Notes under the pieces: model-generated
Database searches by the model: none
The model's input: the letters and a program-made list of their open reading frames with translations, nothing else
What the model was told of the DNA's origin: nothing
Made by a program: the position numbers and the translations under genes
Shown here: in pieces, positions 16,519-30,922 of the stretch
Layout of the letters: every line of letters starts with the position of its first letter
How positions within the stretch are numbered: the stretch's first letter is position 1
Source of the DNA: Octopus vulgaris
Lineage: Eukaryota
Direction: 5' to 3'
NCBI GenBank assembly: GCA_951406725.2
Contig: OX597821.1
Coordinates: 47,678,001-47,742,000 of the forward strand
Length of the DNA: 64,000 nt

Positions 16519-17773
16519 ATAGATGAAGGTCAGCTGAAAAGTTCAATAGGCTGACCAAGATACTCTCATGGAATCTGACCAAATGAGATTTGTTTTTCAA
16601 AAGGTCCCCCTTGTGATACACACATTTCTTCCATCAGTCTTGCAGTATTTGAGCCCCATTGGTGAAGAAGCTTTCATCTTGTTAGTCAAAAAGTCATCAA
16701 CACCAGAAATGGTGTCATCATCACTGTGATACTAGTTCCTAGTCGAGGGTCTTTTTTTACATATTGGAGAACAGATGATAGTCAGATAGGGCCAAAGCAG
16801 GAGAACAGGGGGGCTGGTCAACCAATTCAATGCCCCACCCATGCACAGCAGTCATTGAAACCAATGACTTGTGTGCTGGAGCATTGACCTCATGAACCAA
16901 GACCTCTTTTGTCAGTTTTCCTTGGCGTTTAGTCCTGATAGCCTTTCATAACTGCCACAACTAGTTGGTAAAGTACTCTCCAGTGATGGTGTGGCCCTTT
17001 TAAAGATAGTCAATCGAGACAATGCCTTCTGCATCTCCAAAAAACTGAGGTTATCACCTTCCCTGCAGATGAAACGATCTTGGCCTTCTTTGGAGTGGTG
17101 AAGAGAGGATGTTTCCACTGCATCAATTGTCCCTTTGTCTCTGAATCAAAGTAAAGAACCCAACACTTATTCCGGGTTTGGTAACATTCAAGGAAACCTG
17201 CTGGATCTGCCTTAAACAACGTCAGATTTTCTCATGATGTGATCAACTTGGTGCGCTTGTGATCAGGTGTCAGAAGACATGGTGCCCACTGAGCAGAAAC
17301 CTTTGTCATGCCAAGTTCATTGTGGAAAATATTTCCAACTCTCTCATGGAATATTCTCATAGCATTAGCTATTTAATTTATAGTCAATCACATGTCATCC
17401 ATCACCATATGGAGAACATAATCAATTTTTTCCTTGATGGAACCAGTTGCAGGACATCTGAACCTTGTTTCATCTTCAAGACTCTCCCGTCCCCTCCTAA
17501 GTTCTGCTGTCCACTTTTGCATTGTTGATAAAACTGTAACATCATCCCCTAGTGTAACAATCATATCAGCATGAATGTCCTTGGGAGCTAAACTCTTTTT
17601 CTGTCCATTTTCAAGAGAAGTCACTGCTAGTTGGTTTTGAAGTCTTCTTTGAAGAATCAGATATAAGTTTACTTGGAAAGAAACAATGCAGTTGTTAATA
17701 AGAAGAGTTGAAATTAATGTATGCAAGATTTCACAGTCTTAGCATCACTACTTCATAGTCAGCCAATGAACTC
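16519..17773 (-). mobile_element. Near full-length degenerate mariner (DD34D) element
   Basis: KDIHADMIVTLGDD..WTAELRRGRESLEDE, WVLYFDSETK..QWKH..PKKAK..SAGKVITSVFW; TIR gaaggtcagctgaaaagttcaataggctga with partial inverted copy tcagccaatgaact. Confidence 0.85.
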
Positions 17774-17789
17774 ATCCCATCTTTGAATA

Positions 17790-18905
17790 TGAGTGTGGAA
17801 AGTGGGCAACAGGGAGTTCACAATGAAAATAACGAACCAATTTAAGAAAATTCAGCCAACCAAGATGCGGGTAATGTACAAAATGACGACCTGCCAAATG
17901 TTAGAGTAGAAAATCAAGTGATTGATGACATGTACATTGAAAAGTCAAATGAAAATGAAGAGGAAGAAACAAGACAGATTATCAAATGATTGAGAGATTT
18001 GTTTCATGATCATGGATTCAGTAATACTCCACTGAATCTTTAGAGTATATAGAGAAGTCACATAGCAAATGAAACTGTAAAAGTAAACAATGCCATGATG
18101 TATATAGAAACTAATGGTATTAGCAACCCGAGAAAGTTAATTACTGCTGTAGGGTTTCTCGTTGGTGAACAACTAGATTTCAAGCAAACAGACAGGAAGA
18201 AATATAAGGGATCCTGCTGTAAGAGAAGACTGGAAGGTGATACAACTCAGCTCAGAAAAGATCTAGGCAAACCAGATGCATGGCATAGAGAAAAATAGAT
18301 AAAGGCCAAAATAGGAGAGAAACGTCACATGGACATAAGGTATAAAATAAAGTGAAAATGTTCGAATTTAGTGATAGAAGTGAAACAGTGAATTAAAGCA
18401 AAATCAAATTGGGTTTGGCACTCTGCAAATAGGAAAAAAAACAAACAATACAAACAGAACAAACTGTTCTCTGTAAATCAAATGTTCTTCAGAATATTGT
18501 TAGGGAAACATGGTGCAGATGCTTCACTGAATACTGAAGAAACTTCACAATTTTGATGAAGTTTTTGGTGGGTTGCAAAAGAGCATAACAAAGATATGAA
18601 ATGGATAAGTGAAGTTGAAGATAAGTTATCTAATGTACTAAAACAGAGATGAGAAAGCATTGTAAGGGAAGATGTTTGAGAGCACATTAGGAAAATGTTG
18701 AACTGGAAATATTTTGGACCAATGGGATCCAAGGATACTGGTTGCAAAGATTCAAAAGTGTTCCTTCAAGACTGGGGAAGCACCTAAATGATTGTTTAGT
18801 ACAAGGGGGAGTTCCAAATTGGATGGTTGAAAGGGAAGACACCTTTGAAACTAAAGGGTCTGTTGGAAATTACAGGCTAATTGCATGCTTGAATTACAAG
18901 TGGGA
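17790..18905 (+). mobile_element. R4/Dong-like LINE fragment (pre-RT and RT N-terminus)
   Basis: GPNGIQGYWLQRFKSV..LNDCLVQGGVPNWMVE..GNYRLIACLN. Confidence 0.75.
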
Positions 18906-19464
18906 CTACAAGATTCAGCTACAACACTGAGTGAAGAGCACAGATTGATTTTGAGTTGTTTGGAAGCCATAGTGGTAATGTGGTATCATTACCTAAACTA
19001 CACCTTATGTAGTAACAAAGCCTATATCCAGGATGTAAATATTTAGATAAAATATCTAAGCAGCCTTTCGAGTCATAAATATTTAGATAAAGCATCTTAC
19101 CAGCCTATCAGTCAGTGTAATTTTAGCTTGACTGGTGCTAGCTCAGACTATGATGTATATTTATGTCAACTGATGCAAAGTGCTAAGCAAGTACATAAGT
19201 TAGGCTGCATAAGTTTAAACCATATAGACTGCATCCATAAATTTACTTCAACTCTTTTAAAATGGTCAAACTATTTTGATTTGATGGAATTTCAGTCTGG
19301 CATTTGGTGATTAGGTGTTTATTGCAGATGAGGTGAAAATTATACCAAAACATGTGATACAACTGTCTTGTCTGCTGCTGCTGGTAAAATTCCATTTGCC
19401 TATATCATCTGTGCTTTTTTAGCACCAAACGCCTATATGATACAATTCCCCGGGATGGTTATTG

Positions 19465-19871
19465 TTACTCTTTACTCTTTTACTCTTTTACTTGTTTCAG
19501 TCATTTGACTGTGGCCATGCTGGAGCACCGCCTTTAGTCGAGCAAATCGATCCCGGGACTTATTCTTTGTAAGCCCAGTACTTATTCTATCGGTCTCTTT
19601 TGCTGAACCGCTGAGTGACGGGGACGTAAATACACCAGCATCGGCTGTCAAGCAATGCTAGGGGGACAAACACACACACACAAACACACACATACATATA
19701 TATATATACATATATACGACAGGCTTCTTCAGTTTCCGTCTACCAAATCCACTCACAAGGCATTGGTCGGCCCGGGGCTATAGCAGAAGACACTTGCCCA
19801 AGATGCCACGCAGTGGGACTGAACCCGGAACCATGTGGTTGGTTAGCAAGCTACTTACCACACTCCACTCC
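19465..19871 (-). mobile_element. tRNA-SINE family A (internal TA/TG tract, (AGTAAAAG)n tail)
   Basis: Near-identical to 32913-33346, 34973-35404 and 62200-62617; A/B-box-like head tggctgtgtggtaag / ggttcagtccc. Confidence 0.9.
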
Positions 19872-20079
19872 TTCAGTATTTACAACAATACATCCAAGTT
19901 AAGTTGGATGTGCAAATTGATATTCATTACAAAATGTGCTTTTGTCACTAAGAGCTAATCTATTCCTTACATTTTTATTAAATGCTCATTAATCTCATAA
20001 ATATTAACCTTCAATAGTATGCGTTAAGGTTTTCAACAGTATGTGTTAAGGGCTTTTTTATTATTATTATTCATAATTT

Positions 20080-20330
20080 CACCACCAGCATCACTACCAC
20101 CACCATCACCATCGACACCACTGCCATAACACCACAACTAACACCATCACCACTACCACAATCCAATCAACATGACTACTATTACGACTTCCATCACCAA
20201 CCACTAGCAACACTACTACCACCATTCCCAGTAACAAAACTACCACCACCACCACCACCACCATAAACAACAACAACAACACCACTAACATTGCCACCCA
20301 CCACTGCTGCTGCCACGAACACCATTACAT
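20080..20330. repeat. Degenerate (CAC/CAA)n low-complexity tract
   Basis: Direct reading. Confidence 0.9.
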
Positions 20331-21061
20331 AAAGCTAACCCATGTTTTGCATATATACAACATTCCACTATAGAAAACAAAAGGCTTAGCAATCCTTGGA
20401 GCTGTCTGCAAATGACAATTGTTGTTGATGTATTTTTGTAGCAGCTACGGCAGTGGTTGCGGTTGTTATTTTGGCACCTTATAACCCCTACATGTGCTAG
20501 GAATCTGCCTACCTCACATCTAATAACCATTATTAACTATTATCACCTTTGTCCCTTCAGAAGCAGTGTTTGTATTGAAAAAAAGATTTAAAAACAAATA
20601 ATAATGATCATCATCATCATCATCATCATCATCATGACAACATGGCAGAGGAGGAGGAAGGGGAGGAAGGGGAGGATATTTCCAATCTTTTGTTGTAAAT
20701 CTCCGAAATCTTTCAAACATCAGATGTCAAAGACATAACATGCAATGCCAACTACAACAACATGCATCTTTCAGAACTGCTGCTTTTAAAAGCTAATTTA
20801 ATTTGCAGGTAATTAATTAGTATAGCAGCTTATGTGATAATCAGCATTTGAAAAATTCTGCAGGAAATTCTTTTAATTACGAGTTGAGAGTTCTTGTTCA
20901 GGGCTATTGGCTGTGAGTTCCAGCTCTGTTCTGATCTCAACAATGATAGGAAGCCATCTTGCCAACTAAGCAACAATAACAACAACAATGGCTTATAATT
21001 AACATTGATTTCTGTTGTCATTGATACATGCCCAGTTTCTTTCAGGAGGAAGTGTGCATGA

Positions 21062-21101
<40 letters not shown>

Positions 21102-21329
21102 CAGCCAGGGCATATACATCATCATCATCATCTCCAGCACCTACACAACCACCACCACAACAACAACAACAACTACTACTACTACTACTACTACTACCAT
21201 GACCATCTCCTGACCATTGTTATAATCTGTGTTGTTCCATGCTATTACTAATAATAAATAGGATTAGATATGCATGAGCATTAATTAAAAGCTCAAGCTG
21301 TTATGACTTTAATTTCACAGTCATATCTT

Positions 21330-21972
21330 GACTTATGCTGATAATGACATTGAGAAATGGATAAATACCTCACCAAACCTGGTAAAATATAACAGAGTGT
21401 AAGTGATTTGAGAGAAAAACTGGGTATATGTAGCATCAGATGGAGCGTGCAAGAGAGAAGACTGTGCTAATATGGCCAAGTAATGAGTAGGAAAAAAGAC
21501 AGTTGCATCAAGAGGTTCCAGTCTCTAATTGTAGAGGGAACATGTGGAAGGGGTAGACCCAGGAAGACATGGGATGAAATGGTGAGAAAGGATCTACAGG
21601 CATCGGAAATCACAGAGGGGATGACTGGAGACTGAGACTGCTGGTGGGTTGCTATGCTTTGAAATGCACGTCAAGTTAAGTAAAACGATGGTTGCCCTTG
21701 CACACAGATTCATCTCGTGCAACCCTTTCTAGCTGAGCATCCTTGATCTTGTAGGCTCACAGGTGCTGGTGCCTCGTAAAAAGCACTGATGCTGGTGCTG
21801 CATAAAAGCATCCAGTACACTCTGTAAAGTGGTTAGCATTAGGAAGGGTATCCAGCTGTAGAAACCATGCCAAAACAGATATGGAGTCTGAACAGCCCTT
21901 CAGCTGGTCAGCTCTTGTGAAACCATCCAACACATGCCAGCATGGAAAATGGATGTCAAATGATGATGATGA
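21330..21972 (+). mobile_element. RTE LINE 3' end (ORF C-terminus, 3'UTR, GAT tail)
   Basis: VEGTCGRGRPRKTWDEMVRKDL followed by the conserved tail; links the tail family to an RTE ORF. Confidence 0.85.
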
Positions 21973-21989
21973 CATATATATATATATAT

Positions 21990-23322
21990 AGTGACAGAGT
22001 ACTTAAGATTAGATTAGTGCTTCACCATAGGTTAGCTACCATTATCTCAGCCTATGCCCCTCAACCGGGGCTACCGGAGGGGCAGAAAGACCGATTCTAT
22101 GACACCCTATTGCAGACTACCTCGTTGACAAATGACAGGGACCTTCTTGTGGCTGGTGATTTCAATGGACATGTTGGACAACATGCAGGGGACAACATGA
22201 ACAGCCTGTTCAAAATCCTTGCCAAGATTGGCTGTCCTCCAAGACTCTTCAGGATTGTCCAATTGTTTCACGTGGGTATTAAAGGTATCATTCAATTTGA
22301 TGGCTTTTGTTTGGAGGTGTTCAACATATGTAGAAGTGTGAAGCAGGGCTGTGTGCTTTCCTCCACTTTGTTTGGCATCTTCTTTGCAGCCATATTGAAA
22401 CATGCATTTGGAACATAAACTGACAGTGTTTACCTTCACACCAGATCAGGCAGTAAACTGTTTAGTCCGTGGAGCTTGAAATCAAAATCCAGAATGTGCT
22501 ATGTACTCATCAGAGAAATGCTGTTCATGGACAATGCAGCACTGACAGCACACTCTGAGGAGCAAATGCAGCACCTCATGGACAAACTCTCAAAGGCTTG
22601 TCATGAAATCAGCCTGACTATCAGTCTGAAGAAGACCAAAGTACTTAGGCAAAGTGTCAAGCACCCACCACCACCACCACCATCAACAACTACAAAGCTG
22701 AAGGTAGTCCATGAATTCACCTACCTTGGCTCTACCATCTCTAGTTACCTCTCCCTGGAGCCTGAGATTAGCAGGCAAACTGGACAAGGATCCTCCACAT
22801 TTGCCAAGCTCACAAAGAGAGTCTGGGAAAACAGAAAACTAGCTGTTGTCTATACTCACCCAGCTCCAGCAGCATCATCTGCACTAGCTCAGTCGTGTAC
22901 ATTGCATAACAGATGTGAGAATCCTAAAAGACCTCCTCTATGGGGAATTGGCCACTAGCACAAGAGCACTAGGATGACATCTTCATTTCAAGGACGTCTG
23001 CAAGAGAGATATAGTCGCTTGATCTGAACATCCTGAGATTGTAGGAGGTCGCAAATGATTACCCACACTGGAGACAAATACTTTGAAAGGGGATGAAGCA
23101 AGGAGAAGAAAAACAGGATCTTGCCACCAAAGAAAAGCACACTCGGTGGAAAGAAAAACCAGTAGCACTGGCAGAGAGCTCTTTCAAATGCAGTCACTGT
23201 ATGCATGACTGCCACTCCTGTGTGGGCCTCTACAGCCACAGCAGACACTGCTCCAACACCACCAGCTGACACAATTTTTAGGAGCACAGACCCATGGTCT
23301 CTAGAGACTGATGGATGTGTAC

Positions 23323-23327
<5 letters not shown>
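21990..23327 (+). mobile_element. RTE endonuclease fragment joined to a BovB-like RT and 3' end
   Basis: IISAYAPQ..VAGDFNGHVG then LFKILAKIGCPP..VKQGCVLSSTLFGIFF, EMLFMDNAAL..FTYLGSTIS; 3' end ccatggtctctagagactgatggatg. Confidence 0.85.
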
Positions 23328-23399
<72 letters not shown>

Positions 23400-23415
23400 G
23401 TTTAACGTCCGCTTT

Positions 23416-23452
<37 letters not shown>

Positions 23453-23594
23453 CACACGTGTGTGTGTGTGTGCATGATTTGATTCATAATGTGATCTGCA
23501 ACCTGATCCACTAAAGGAGATTTTTTGGAAGTCCCACTAGATTAGATAAATCCCTATTTTGTGCAGTATATAAATGTATGTATGTACATACATG

Positions 23595-23741
<147 letters not shown>

Positions 23742-23749
23742 GTACCTAG

Positions 23750-23838
23750 TTTCCTTTCCTGAGCGTCCATAACACTACACTTGTTCCATGTCCTCGCATT
23801 GTTGTGTTTTCTCTTTGTGTTTTCATGTTTGGATTAAC

Positions 23839-23840
<2 letters not shown>
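23750..23840 (+). mobile_element. Truncated Penelope pLTR-like tail between TA tracts
   Basis: cctgagcgtcc..ttgttcca.gtcctcgc.ttgtt..tgtttggattaact is the reverse complement of 58557-58640. Confidence 0.7.
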
Positions 23841-23870
<30 letters not shown>

Positions 23871-24810
23871 CACATACATTTTCACACGTTTTCACACACA
23901 CACACATGTGTATTAATGAATAATATACACAAACATAGTCAAACATATATCCATGCATGCATTTAACAGACGTATGCATATGTGCATGCAATGCCCATAT
24001 CCACACATTAACATACACATGCACACTCATGCAATGCTTTTAAATGGATAAAACTAAACATGAATGGGGAGGTGTAGAAAATTGAATAAAGCTTGTATTA
24101 ATGGTGATGATGGTGGTGGTGGTGGGGAGTTAAAAAAGTCAACATGAATTCAGTGTTATGAAACTGTTAAGGATGCGCACAACACAAACACATAAATTAT
24201 GCATGCGCACACATAATATATACATATATGAATACAAGTACACATAAAAATGCATGCTCTTACACATATACATGTACATATAGATGTATGCAAACATGAA
24301 GACAGATATAATTATATGCATATATGCACATATAAGCATAAGCACATATGCAATTATGCACACACATACACACACATTGGGGTGTATTTGTATTTACTGG
24401 TATAAAGTAAAAGGTTGAGGTTCAACCCTTTATGTCAAATATGATGGAGTCATTGAATAAATATCACGTCTTACCTTAAGCTGCTGACTTTTGAGGTGGT
24501 AGGGGACAAAGAGACACTATGATGACATGTGACATGTTTTGGGCTGTTTTTGATCTGGCGGAATGGTTTGATGACAGCTGATTTTTTCCAGAAAGAAGGA
24601 TCATTAGACAGGAAGAAAACATTAGGAAAATGAGAAGAATCAAGTCAGTACTTGACTGGTATTTTATTTAACCATTCTGCAAGGTTGAATGGTAAAACTG
24701 ACATTGGCAGATTTTGAATTCAGTCGACAGAGAGTCATAATGCTTAGCACAATAAGATCTGTGCAATGTTTATATGACTCTGCTAATTATCCACATTAAT
24801 TCAATACAAA

Positions 24811-25397
24811 CGAGGTCTGGACAAAAAGTACTGGGTCTGTTGCTATGGTAACAGAGCTAAAGTGAATCTGCTTGACACAGATTGACTTTGCTCTCTGTTG
24901 CACATGCACACTGAGTTATAACGTTTTTGTTCACTTCTGCTGTTTATAACAGTACTTGAAAGCAGAGTGTGTAGAGTGTGGTCATCTCAAAAAAGAAGAT
25001 TGGGCTTCAGCTGTGCAGGGTCTCTTTGATTGTGTTGAAGAAGACAAAAACTTTTTGGAAAACAGTCACAATAAGTGACAAATCGTGTGTCTATGGCTAT
25101 GACCCCAAAACCAAGGCTCAGTTTTTGCTGTGGAAAATCCCAACAAGATTTTAAAAGGCATTGAGGAAATCCAAGAGAGCATGACATGGCAGCTGCTTGC
25201 TTTCCCAAAACAGGAATTTTAGGAAAGCCTCCATCATTTGAAACAATACTGGGTAAAGTGTGCTGCTTCAGAAGGAGACTACTTTGAAGGAGATTAAATG
25301 CCAAATTGATGTGTGTGGTAATGGAATTAGAAATAATGATGTGTGTGGTAGTTTTCTCATTATAGCACTAGTCCCAATACTTTTTGACCAGACCTCA
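24811..25397 (+). mobile_element. Internally deleted mariner (MITE-like) with both TIRs
   Basis: TIRs cgaggtctggacaaaaagtactggg / cccaatactttttgaccagacctca; residual DKSCVYGYDPKTK; 5' region shared with 43085-43210. Confidence 0.85.
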
Positions 25398-25554
25398 TGT
25401 ATATAAATTGTTGAAAATATGTACCAGAATAAAATTCAAAACTGAAATTGATGTGATTGATTAAAACCCTTAAGGATAATGCACATCCATGGTTATAGTC
25501 CAATGATTGAAGGCACTAAAAGAAGAAATTTGTGTGTGTGTGCATGTGATATAT

Positions 25555-25850
25555 ATGGATCAGTGGTTAGAGCATCGAGCTTATGATTGTGAGGTTGTGA
25601 GTGTGATTCCTGGACCGGGCTGCGTGTTGTGTTCTTGAGCAAGACACTTTATTTCACGTTGCTCCAGTTAACTCAGCTGTAGAAACGAGTTGCGACATCA
25701 CTGGTGCCTAGCTGTATCGACCTTTGCCTTTCCCTTGGATAACATCAGTGGTGTGGAGAGAGGAGGCTGGTATGCATGGGCGATTTGTGCCTCAGAGGGT
25801 AACTTTCTAGGTGCAATCCCATGGTCATTCATGACTGAAGGGGATCTCCT
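25555..25850 (+). mobile_element. tRNA-SINE family B (CORE-like central domain)
   Basis: Head tggatcagtggttagag..gattcc, then cttgagcaagacactttatttcacgttgctccag..ctcagctgtagaaa; related to 60945-61250 and 61795-62050. Confidence 0.75.
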
Positions 25851-26255
25851 CCTCCATATGTGTATATATATATATATTGTAAGAGGATTGCTTCCAAGCA
25901 CATAGCTTCAGGTTCAGTCACATTATATCATACTTCATGCAAGTGTCTTCTACATTAGCCACAGATTGACTACAGCCTTGAACCTTACAACAGATACTGA
26001 AAGAAACCTGTCATATATGTGTGTAAATATATATATATATATATAATTATAGCTTATGGTATCTATGAGATACCGCCATGCTGAAAATAGCAGCCAGGAT
26101 CTGACTCTTAAACCACATTAAGTGTTCAGCTGTATCTCGTAGATACCCTAAGTTATAATTTTAATAATAATTATTACCTTTGAAGGTTTTATTTCCATGC
26201 TGGCCACTTGATAAGATCGTTATTTAATTTAAATTAATGATCTTATCCTTATTCA

Positions 26256-26311
<56 letters not shown>

Positions 26312-27073
26312 TATATAAGTATATATGTATATAAGTATGTATGTGTGTATGTCTGTATGTGTAATTGCTTTTTTTATAATCTAATGTGCATAATTTCTCT
26401 AAATTTTTATAGTATATTTAATAGATAGATTACTAATTATTGTGATGTAGAATTTCTTTCTTTATTTTATATTATTTTGTTATTTACTGATGTTATCAAA
26501 AGTTAAAGACTAAACAGGTTTTTCTTAGTATATTATATTTCTTCTTAATGTTCTTTTTGAATGTGTTTCTCTATAAGAGATATTTTTTTTAGTTCACTTT
26601 GAATTTAGCCAATTTTGGATTGCCTTGATGACATCGTATTAGCATGTATTTTGGGATATATTAATTTGACTGGAATCTTATACCTTTTGCTGCATCTAAG
26701 AATGCTGGCACAATAGAAATGATCATTGGTAATGTATGATGTAATCACCAATGAAGGATGTGATTTTCTCCATTCCTATTCTTTTTGACTTATACTCTGA
26801 ATTTCTGGCAATTCTTAGCAATATTTAAATTTACTTGTCATACCTTGGATATTTATTCGACTTGTATTTATTGGTATCTGTTTGATAAAGTAAACGAAAT
26901 TTGTTGAACACTGAGTGTTTTATGGCTATCTGTCTGGATTTATTCATCCTTTTTACTTCTTATTATATATAGATAGATAACTAATTATCATGATGTGTCC
27001 TCTCCTGTTCTCAAGAGGATATACGTGGGATGGAGTGTCACAGAAAAGGTCACAGGATTTGTGTATATAATGT

Positions 27074-27368
27074 ATATAAAATAAGACTAATAGATCTGAA
27101 GTGAAGAACGAATATTGTCTGTGTGTTTATTTGGCAAGAAAAATATAACTATAACAATATCTGTTTTGACACACAGGTTTTACAACAGGAATGGAGCATC
27201 ACTGAAGAAGTCACGTGATGTATAGCAAAATATTTCCAGACAATGGATATAAAATAAGAATAATATATCTAAAGTGCAAAACGAATGTATAGTGTGTGTG
27301 TTTATTTGGCAAGAAAAAATATAACCATAACAATGTCTGTTTCAACACACAATTTCACATCAGGAATC
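27074..27368. repeat. Diverged ~125 bp direct repeat (27074-27195 / 27247-27368)
   Basis: atataaaataaga.taata.atct.aagtg..aacgaat..gtgtgtttatttggcaagaaaaa.ataac.ataacaat.tctgttt occurs twice. Confidence 0.8.
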
Positions 27369-27704
27369 TCATAAAACAAATATATAAACATAACGCGCGC
27401 ACACACACACACACACATATATACATATACACACATACATACATATATATATATATACCATACATATATATACATATACATACAGACACACACATATACT
27501 ATATATATATACGTAATATGTTTGTTCCAATTCCAACAGGAGCTTTAAAATTTGCTTCTTTTTATGGAGAGATAATAGTGCAAATTGTCATCAGTTGCTG
27601 TATACTTTGATTAGTTGAAGCTTGTCACATAGTCAAAGGGTCATGTGACAGCAAAGAGAATAATTGTGTGTTGAGTGCTTATATCAAGTATGGACAATAA
27701 TTGA

Positions 27705-27874
27705 ACCAGCACCCATCACACTCTGTTAAGTGGTTGACATTAGGAAGAACAGCCAGCTGTAGAAACCATGCCACAAAAGATAGTTGAAGTCTGGACAGTT
27801 CCCTGCTAGCCAGCTCCATGTCAAACCATCCGACCCATGCCAGCGTGGAAAGTGGACGTTAAACGATGATGATG
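27705..27874 (+). mobile_element. RTE 3' tail fragment
   Basis: Matches the tail family; ends ggacgttaaacgatgatgatga. Confidence 0.8.
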
Positions 27875-28646
27875 AGTCAAGGCTATTTTAATCCACTGAA
27901 CAAACCATGTGATATAGTATGAATAACAAGTTGTTAGAATAGCTAAAAATTGAGCCATAATCTTTGCATAAGATGGAACAAATCCAAACAATAGTCAAGG
28001 CAGTATAGTATAGCTCTATATCTCTCCAACTCAGTTTACTTCTGTAAAATCATGAATTTGAGAACAAGTTAAGTAAATGTGATTAAATATTTTTATAACA
28101 CCAAGTGCATTTTCAACTTCTATTCCTTCTTTTATACTTCTGCCTATGTGAAAATAGTTTTCTTCTGTGTGTGTGTATGTGTGTGTGTTTGGTACAGTAA
28201 TACATTACTTACAAATTCACATAGGTCCAAAATACATGGGTGATCTCTCCGAGGTCGTTTAGAAAAGACAGCTGAAACATCACTTAAGTAATTACGTGTG
28301 TGAAATGTACAACTACAGAATCATCTACTGTTCATTTTAAACTCTTTACAATATGTTGTGTGTTCTTTTCTGTTGGTTGCACTTATAAATGAAGAGTGTG
28401 TGTGCATGCACGCATGTGCATATGTGTGTGTCTATGTATGTGTGTGTGTGTGCATGTGCATGTGTGTGTGCATGTATATATACATATGTATATATATGTG
28501 TGTGTATGTGTGTGTATATGTATGTATATAATATTTATATATACATATCTGTTATATATAACACACACTCACTCACACACACACACACACACACATACAC
28601 ACACATTTATATAATAGATATTGCATGCATGTAGCTAGCTGGTTAG

Positions 28647-28684
<38 letters not shown>

Positions 28685-29489
28685 GGTGAGGATAGTGTAT
28701 GCATGCTTGTATGTAAATATGTTTCAATATTATGGCGGTGTATGTGTGTGTGTGTGTGTGCATAAAGACAGAATGCAAGACAAATAGAGAGGTAGTCAGG
28801 AGGTTGTGTGTGGTGGGAGGAGTCAGAGTTGATGCTATAAGTGCACTTAGAGAAAGTAAAGTTCACCAACTTAATGGTAATTCAGTTAGCTTGACATTAA
28901 TGCCAGTTTATTTCTGGACCACTGGCCACATATGGTTAGCTATTTCACTGTCTTACATACATACGCTCTAGCTTAGTCTCTTCATTGATAATCTTCACCT
29001 GACTACCCCCCCCCCCCCAACACATACATACATATACACGGGCATGTACATACACACAAACACATGCACATTCACACACATACACACGTATATCTAAGTT
29101 GGGTGCAGCCTAAGAACCTTACTTCTAATACAGTGTTTGAACGTTCCTCGTTACAATGCCATACCTGTAGAATATTTATGTGGTGGCTTGGTCTGCTAGG
29201 AAACATTAAACAATATTTATTGTAGCCGGCTAAGATGTTTTAAAATATTGTTAAATTTTGCTACAATTTCAGAAATTGCTAATTTGGAAATCTGATATTG
29301 GTGAGTGTAGCAATAAGCCATCTCACTAAACTGACATATATATATATATACACATGCATGTATGCATGCACCCACCCACACACACACAGAGTCAACAGAT
29401 GAGATCCAGAGATGCACAATATGGAAAATACTTAATAGCACTCACACGATTTGCACTTACACTCTGAAATCGTTACCAAGGACTAAGTC

Positions 29490-29970
29490 TGTGGAGTAAA
29501 GAGTTGCTATAAGAGGAATCCAGGTGAGTAGACATGGAGATAATGATGCAAATAAACACATAAAACCGCTTGGGCTAACAGAGTAATAGAAGCTTGAAGG
29601 CCTGATTTAATAGCAATAGAAAGAGAGGATAGAAAGTGCCGAGTAATTGACGTTACAGTCATAATTGATGAGAAAGTTGATATGAGAGGAGTAGAGAAAG
29701 TAGCAAGGTACCAGGACCTAGACATTATGTTACAGAGACTATGGAAAGTATGGGTAAAATGTATTCTTGTAGTTATAAGTGCATTATGAACTATTCCTAA
29801 AGATTTGAACAGATGGATTGAGAAAATAGGCATAAAACTTAGTTTAGTGCAGGTCCAGAAAACAGTGTTATTAGGGACAATTAGGATACTTATGAAGATT
29901 ATTGGTATCTAAAATTACTTGTTGTAGCCTGATTTTAGGAATTTTTTTCTTTTCCAGCAGTTTAATCTGC
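29490..29970 (+). mobile_element. R4/Dong 3' end with restriction-like endonuclease domain
   Basis: RPDLIAIEREDRKCRVIDVTV..EKVARYQDL..VQKTVLLGTIRIL.KII (PD..D..EK..Y pattern). Confidence 0.85.
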
Positions 29971-30359
29971 TATGCATATATGAAATGGTAATAATAATAA
30001 TGATGCAAGAGACAAAAGCAGAAAGAGAGATGATGGGCAAAAATGAGAGAGGGAAATGACATGTGGTTGGGTATGGGTCGGTAGTAAGAGTTTGGAGCAG
30101 ATTTAGTGAATGGTGAGGGGGAGATAAATGGTGATGGAAGAGAAAGAATCTGATGTCTCAGGAGGGTGATCAATGGAAAATGTGGATGGAGAGAACAATA
30201 TTAAAAATGAAAGATGGGTAACAGTGAGATGGTTCTGGTTACTAAGTAGTATGCAGGAAAAGCTAACATATGCATTCTTACATTTAATTAGAGCAACAGA
30301 ACAGAGTTAGAGAGACGATAGGTGGTGGGCATATCTGAATATAAATATCATATATTTAT

Positions 30360-30900
30360 ATCATCATCATCATCATCGTTTAACGTCTGCTTTCTATGCT
30401 AGCATGGGTTGAACGATTTGATTGAGGTCTGGCTAACCAGATGGCTGCACCAGACTCCAATCTGATCTGGCAGAATTTCTACAGCTGGATGCCCTTCCTA
30501 ATGCCAAACCATTCCGAAAGTGTAGTAGGTACTTTTACGTGCCACCGGCATGAGGGCCAGTCAGGTGGCACTGGCAACAGCCCCGCTCAAATGGTGTTTT
30601 TTACTTGCCACCTGCACAGGAGCCAGTTCAGCAAAACTGGCAATGACCTTGCTCAAATGTTTTTTCACGTGCCACTGGCATTTGTACATGCCACTGGCAC
30701 GGAAGCCAGTCAGCTGCTCTGGTAACGATCACACACAGATGGTGCTCTTAGAGCTCCACTGGCACAGTGCCAGTCATCAAATTTGATTCAATTTCAATTT
30801 CGATTTCACTTGACTCAACAGGTCTTAGCAAGCAGAGTTTAGTGTCCAATGAAGGAAAGGTATTCATTAGTGGGCTGGTTACATCCCTGGCATAGATCAC
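30360..30900 (-). mobile_element. RTE 3'UTR with diverged tandem array, reverse orientation
   Basis: (CAT)n-cgtttaacgtc.gcttt...; several gtgcca.cggcac units. Confidence 0.8.
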
Positions 30901-30922
30901 AAAGGAACGCATGAGTTGGTAC

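Noticed and set aside
26420-26900. Penelope N-terminal coding remnant (also 4850-5200)
   Set aside because: Only a vague FL.C..Y.I resemblance amid stops; too weak to call
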